Source of the DNA: the human T2T-CHM13v2.0 reference genome, Homo sapiens
DNA: 64,000 bases
Assembly (NCBI RefSeq): GCF_009914755.1
Contig: NC_060931.1
Reading direction: 5' to 3' (one strand)
Below, one piece after another: positions 57,861-64,000 of this stretch; positions within the stretch are counted from its first letter, which is position 1; each line of letters opens with the position of its first letter. A model generated the notes under the pieces. The model was not told where the DNA came from. It saw only the letters and a program-made list of their open reading frames with translations, and made no database searches. The position numbers were made by a program, and so were the translations under genes.

Positions 57861-58647
57861 AGAAGGATGGCTGTGGGAACTGGACAGACAGAAAATACAG
57901 GTAAAAGAGATTTTTCAACATTAGCACTTTATTCATTTTGAGTTTTCAAGTGAAACAACCCTTAAAATAAGCTATAACAGCAGCTTTGTACATCTTGAAA
58001 CTCAAAACAGTTATGAAGCACTGTGAATACCTTAAATCCTATCCTACACGGAGACTGGACAGCACACCAATTTTTTCCATTCTTTCAGGTAAAAAAACTT
58101 ACCTTGACTCTGTGTCTATTTTTTTAAATATTACAATCTTGAGGATTTCAAAAAGCTTAAACCAAGATCCTATTCAACATTCTAATCAACATATTAATCT
58201 GTACAAAATCTACAAAAGTAGACTTTCAGATTCCAGTTGGGCCTATTAATACACACACATATACATACATCCTTTTATTATCTCAGTGAATCCTATTCTA
58301 ATTTGGAACAAGTATAAAAATTGAAATCAGTGTCCCTATGGCTTCCATACAACTCTAGTACTATACACTATCTAAGACAAAACAGACTGTTACTTTCATT
58401 CTTTAACACAGCAGTTCAAGACTTTGAGAACAAAATAAAATGATTATTTAAGAGTTTTCTCTTTTCTAGAACAAATTTTACCAGTTCGCTCCAATATCCT
58501 GGGTACTCTCCTAAGGATACATTCCAGTTTGCCATAAAATCACCATGTTAAATAAAACTAAGTATGATGGATACTTGGATGCAATGGATCATAAGTTCTG
58601 AGTTTACAGATGCGCAGAGTCGCTATTATAGCTTTTTTAAAAATCTA

Positions 58648-58949
<302 letters not shown>

Positions 58950-61507
58950 TTAAAATATATAATGCCCTTTGATATAAAAATTCAAAAGGAAAACACTTTG
59001 AAAACTATAAGATTAAGCAAATGAAACTCACTACAATAGCAATGTCCCTCTTAAAATGTACTAGATAGACTGATCACCATTCTCTTAGGATAGTGTGGCC
59101 AACAGAGAGATAAGTGAGAGGGCCACTTCCCACATTCTAAGCATTCTATGTCTATTAATTCAAACTAAAAACAAATTAACTCTTCTTGGCAGTCACATCT
59201 ACTGACTTACATTGTGCTTATAATCAACAAAAACTTCTAAAACATTCTTACATGTGCCTCAGTAAGCCATGTTCCATCTTGCTAGATGTATCTGAGCCAC
59301 TGTTCTAGTTAAGAATTATTTTGGAATTCTGATTCCTTCACCTGATGACTAGAGAGCTCTCTTAGCTTTGTTATAATCACTAACATAATAACATATTATC
59401 CATAGTCTCCTCCAGGTCGTTTTAAAAATATTCATCAGTTCAGGATTAAGGAAAGAATCCTGAATCCTGCCATTATATATACTCCTTCAGTTTAACATAA
59501 TCAATTAATATTATTTGGGGCAGTTGATTTATTATTATTTAGCATATGTTTTAATTTTGTCTTCAGACTACTGTATTTACCAATGAATAAAATATTTTTA
59601 AATATGAAGGAAAATTTGACCAGCAGAAATTATCTATCAGGAATTTATAAGGCACATCCTATATAAAACTAAATTGCAGAAACTTAACTAAAACATAAAT
59701 ATAATTGCAAACATCTAAATACAACCAACAGATTAGCCTTGTAAAAAGAAAAAACTAAATTTTATAAATCTGACCTGGCTGTGATACTTCATCCACAATA
59801 ATAACTGCCACCAGAAAAAACACTTAGATTCTAGGGTTCAGAGGTGTCTCATGTTTCCTGTTTTTTCATATTCAAATTAGATTTCATCCTTTTCATTCTG
59901 AATCATGGATCAACTAAAGACTTAAGCCAGGATTTATACTACTGCAGGAGACCAGCCAATATGCAACCCAGGAACCTAGCAACCATGGCTGCATGGAGCC
60001 TGCCCTGACCTGCAGAACCCATCAGGAGTCTCAGTACTTACAGTGGAAGCTGTGTGACATCCTAGCAAGTAAAGGTGGTCACAGTCAGATTCCACAGCAA
60101 AGTGGCAGAAAACTTGTGGGTCCCTCCAGGATTGGGGCATGGGTGTGCATTTACCTCATGTCAAAGAGTAATAAAAATGAGAAAGGTTTTTCAAAAAGGT
60201 AAAAGTCTTTACTCTAGGCACAGATGTTTCTTAAAATTCACAAACGCATAGCTTTAAGGTTTGTCAATTAAAGAAAGATATTAATAGGAAAACGCTAAAG
60301 GATCAGTACTATTTTCTTCTTCCCTTCCTATCAACACTGTCAAAAACAGCTACATCAAACCACTGAAGCAAAATCATCAGTGTCTTCCATGTTTTTGAAA
60401 TAACAATGCATCCCAAGCTGTATATCAGAAAAATAGGGGGTTCCAGCTACGTCTCATACATTATAAACCCTGTGGGATGTGCTGATATTATCAGTGTCGT
60501 ATTCAAATAAACTTTCCTGTCCTCTTCCATAAGCACAGATATTTGGGACAGTGAATAAATATGCCCATCTAATTCTACAAATATCAGGTTCACTTGATAG
60601 GTATAGACATGGTCAAATGACCAAGTTAAGACCAACCAGATGCAAGCAAATGTATGCCTGACTTCCAGGAAACTGTAACAGGTGGCTAAAGTAAACACAC
60701 TTTGCTTCTTTCTCTTTTTTCTTTTCCTGCTGAATGGAATTTGATGTGCTAGCTGAAGTTTCACCTTGATTCATGAAGATGGTGAGGTGGCAAGATAAAA
60801 AGTGCCTCACACCACAGAGTGGAGCAGCACTGCAACCCTAGACCACCTACCTCCCAACTTCCTTGACATGAGAGAGAAAACCTCCATACATCCTGACCAC
60901 TCTTATTGGGATTTATTGGTAATATGCAGTTAACAGTAATATGGTACCATACCTAACCAGAGGGAAAATACCATGGTACTATCGTGTGTTTTTTTGTAAG
61001 AAATGTTCATCTTAATTTATTCTAAAACATTTTTCCATGCTATTTCATATGAAAAACTCCTTATCCAATAAACTTGCCCCAGCGAACAGTGAACACCTAA
61101 GCTGGCTGGATATAGATTGAAAACAAAGTTATTTTGGCAAACCAAATTCCACTGTCACACAGTGTTGACAGGACGATTTAAAAGCCCAAAATTTATAAAC
61201 ACCATATTAATATGTTTTATAATAAAATGTAAACTAAGTGATAAGTACAGAACAGCAAACTCCCATTGCATGGTGGACAAATGGACCCCAACCCAGTCTA
61301 GGCTCACTCAGCACTAAGTGAATGACGCCTACCCACATTCTCATTGATCTCCCAGTCCGATTCAAACCTCAGCAAAATTACATGTCATCATGGCATTGTC
61401 TGGCGTGGGCAGGGAGCTGGTGAATGCTAAGCTCCAAATGTTAAATCCATTAATTATTCCATGAGTTTCCTTGTCATGTTCTACTGACTACATTCCATGT
61501 ACATCTC

Positions 61508-61830
61508 ATTTTTCTTTTTTTTTTTACTTTATTGAACTATAACTGACAAGTAAAAACGTAAACATTTAAGGTATACAAAGTATACAATGTTTTGATATGT
61601 TACACTGTTAAATAATTAAAACTAAGCTAATTAACACACCCATCATCTTACAGTTACCTTTTGTGTCTGTGTGTGTGTGTGCATGGCAGGAGCGGTGAGA
61701 ACATTTAAGGTCTACTCTTAGCAAATTTCAAATATAAAATATATTATTATTAATTATAGTCACTATGCTGTACACTAGATCCCCAGAACATTTTCATCCC
61801 ACATAATTGAAACTTTGCCCTCTTCTAACA
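61508..61830 (-). mobile_element. L1MA-like 3' end
   Basis: Poly(T), ctaagctaattaaca, tctactcttagcaaatttcaa, attaattatagtcactatgctgtaca. Confidence 0.75.
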
Positions 61831-62110
61831 TGTCTGATTAATCTTCTTAAAATTCTCTATATTTGTTACAAAGGATGAAACTAAGCTCAAAGAAGTTAAG
61901 GATCTTACTTAACCTCGCATCTAGTAAGAGACAGGGATAGAATTTCAACCAGCATCTTGATCCCAAAGCCTATATTCTTTCCGATTACCATATTATTCCG
62001 TTTCCCTCACAGCTACAGACTTCTTTCAATAAAAGGTGTTTATCCCTACGCAATGTGTTGTATACAGCTTGTAGGCATTTATTTGCTTATTATTTAAGTC
62101 TTTCCATTAG

Positions 62111-62183
62111 AACAAAAGTGGCTTTAGGATAAGAACTTGGTTTTAGCCTAAAACCAAGTTCTTATCCTAAAGCCGCTTTTGTT
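62111..62183. repeat. Near-perfect 73-bp palindrome
   Basis: 36-bp arms, 1-nt spacer, one mismatch. Confidence 0.97.
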
Positions 62184-62784
62184 GTAGATAAGGCCTAGCA
62201 CATAGAATATCCTCTTTTTTTTTTAAAGAATGAATAAATGAAGTAAGGGAAAGCAAATATCAGTTGGTTGCTATGAAACTATTCCCTACTGGGATAGCTA
62301 CATCCTCTATTCTCATGCTTGCCTGACCCCACAAAAAAGTCGGTTTATCATGCAATAATAAAAATTCCAGATAATTTCAACACACCACAATGGATCAGAA
62401 AAGTCTATCATAGATAACTTAACCTATTTTATTAATTAGTAAGTTTATGTATTACTAACGGGGAAGTAGAAATAATAAGAGTTCTGAAGTCAGACTACTT
62501 CTGTTTTTATCCAAGATTCCCCTACAAGTTGTAGGGTCTTAAGCAGGTCCCTTAACCTCAGTGCCTCAAGTTCTTCATCTATATAATAAGGCAGTAAAAA
62601 TAGACATCTAATAGGGCTGTTGCATTAAATGATAGAATAAAAATACTTAACACATATTAAATGCTTTATAATTGCCATGATTTTAGAAATACATGGTCAT
62701 TTTATTTCAGCAATTGCAGAAGCCACAAACAAAAACAAATATTAAGATGGATGCCCGTGAATAATTAACAATAGATGGATCCAC

Positions 62785-62905
62785 AGTTGTGCTGTCCAAC
62801 ACAGTGGTCACTAACCACATGCAGCTATTGAGCACTTGAAATGTGGCTAATCCAAGTTAACATACGTTTTAAGTTTGAAATACCAGATTTCAAACATTCA
62901 GAACC
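62785..62905. mobile_element. MER3/MER33-like fragment
   Basis: gtgctgtccaa...cactaaccacatgcagctattgagcacttgaaatgtggcta. Confidence 0.7.
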
Positions 62906-63059
62906 ACAAAAAAAGAAAAGAATAAAAAAATACCTGCCAACCCCCACATTATAGATAAGAAAACAGACTGAGAGGTTAAGGTACAGACCCAGTTAGGTCA
63001 TAGAACTGGGAGCCTAACCTAGGTTTCCTGAACCCCAATCCACAGTTTTTACTCTATCA

Positions 63060-63292
63060 CAGGGGTGTCCAATCTTTTGGCTTCCCTGGGCCATATTGGA
63101 AGAAGCAGATTGTCTTGGGCCACATGTAAAACACACTAACACTAACGACAGCTGATGAGCTAAAACACACAGACACACACACACAGACACACACACACAC
63201 ACACCCTCATGTTTTAAAGTTTACAAATTTGTGTTGGGCTGCATTGAAAGTCATCCTGGGCTGCATACGACCTGTGGGCCAGACAAGCTTGC
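63060..63292. mobile_element. MER30 with internal (CA)n
   Basis: caggggtgtccaatcttttggcttccctgggcca...gacaagcttg. Confidence 0.8.
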
Positions 63293-64000
63293 TCTATCAC
63301 TACATTCCCCTTACCCACTGTTATATTCTTATTTGATTCTAGGTCTTCATTCACCTGAGCCTTACTAATGATAATCAAGGTAAGTGCTGAGGAGTTATTT
63401 AACAGGACTCTCCCTGAACATAGTAATAAGTAACTAAGAGAGAATTGGCAAGTCTTGTTGGTCATTATCTTCCAAAATTCTGCTTTAGGACTCTCTTATT
63501 CATTGACAGCGTCTGCCTCACTCACTTCTCTGAGAGTGAAAAGGACCATGATAATAGCCTCTAATGGTCCCCACTAACAATGTAACCTCATCAAAAGCAA
63601 ATGTAAACCAATTATCACAAATAGCAGCCTGAGTGATCTCTGTGGCAAACAGCAATTGAGAGATGACTGTGGAGGCAGAGAGTTGAAGAGAAATAGAAAC
63701 TTTAATGAGCCATTCTGAGAAGTTCTCATTGCAATAGAAAGCCATTCCCCCCAACACCCAGCCACCCACTAAGATCTGACAAAATCCAGGAGGTTTTGCA
63801 AACAAGTCTTCTCAGACATGTGCTATGGAAAAAAGGAGGGGAAGGAAGGAAGCTCAACACACACTGTGACCCTTTACCGTCCTACAAAATAGAAAACAGA
63901 GCCTGTCATAAGCCAGAGAAAATTTCTACCCAACGCTTTTCTACAAATAATTCCAGTGGACTATGTCAAATTAAATAATGAGGGACTCATTCTTTAGAAA

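Overview
Primate (almost certainly human) genomic DNA from the CADPS2 locus. The minus strand carries one 114-nt internal coding exon of CADPS2 (53497-53610). Downstream in the same intron and on the same strand lie two intronless PA-TM-RING E3 ligase genes, RNF148 (17833-18750) and RNF133 (13788-14918). The rest is intronic and repeat-rich. It includes an internally deleted class III ERV with a tRNA-Ser primer site, two LTRs and a dead env (4416-9134), four L1PA insertions, several Alus including a young AluYb8, older DNA transposons, MaLR LTRs, L2/MIR and very AT-rich simple repeats. I see no support for a wholly new biological system. The most interesting lead is a strong splice acceptor 12 nt before the RNF148 ATG that is in frame with the phase-0 CADPS2 donor, predicting a CADPS2-RNF148 chimeric protein. 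Other leads are a promoter module shared by RNF133 and RNF148, and several fold-back or templated-insertion scars. Repeat family names and most old-repeat boundaries are by eye and approximate.
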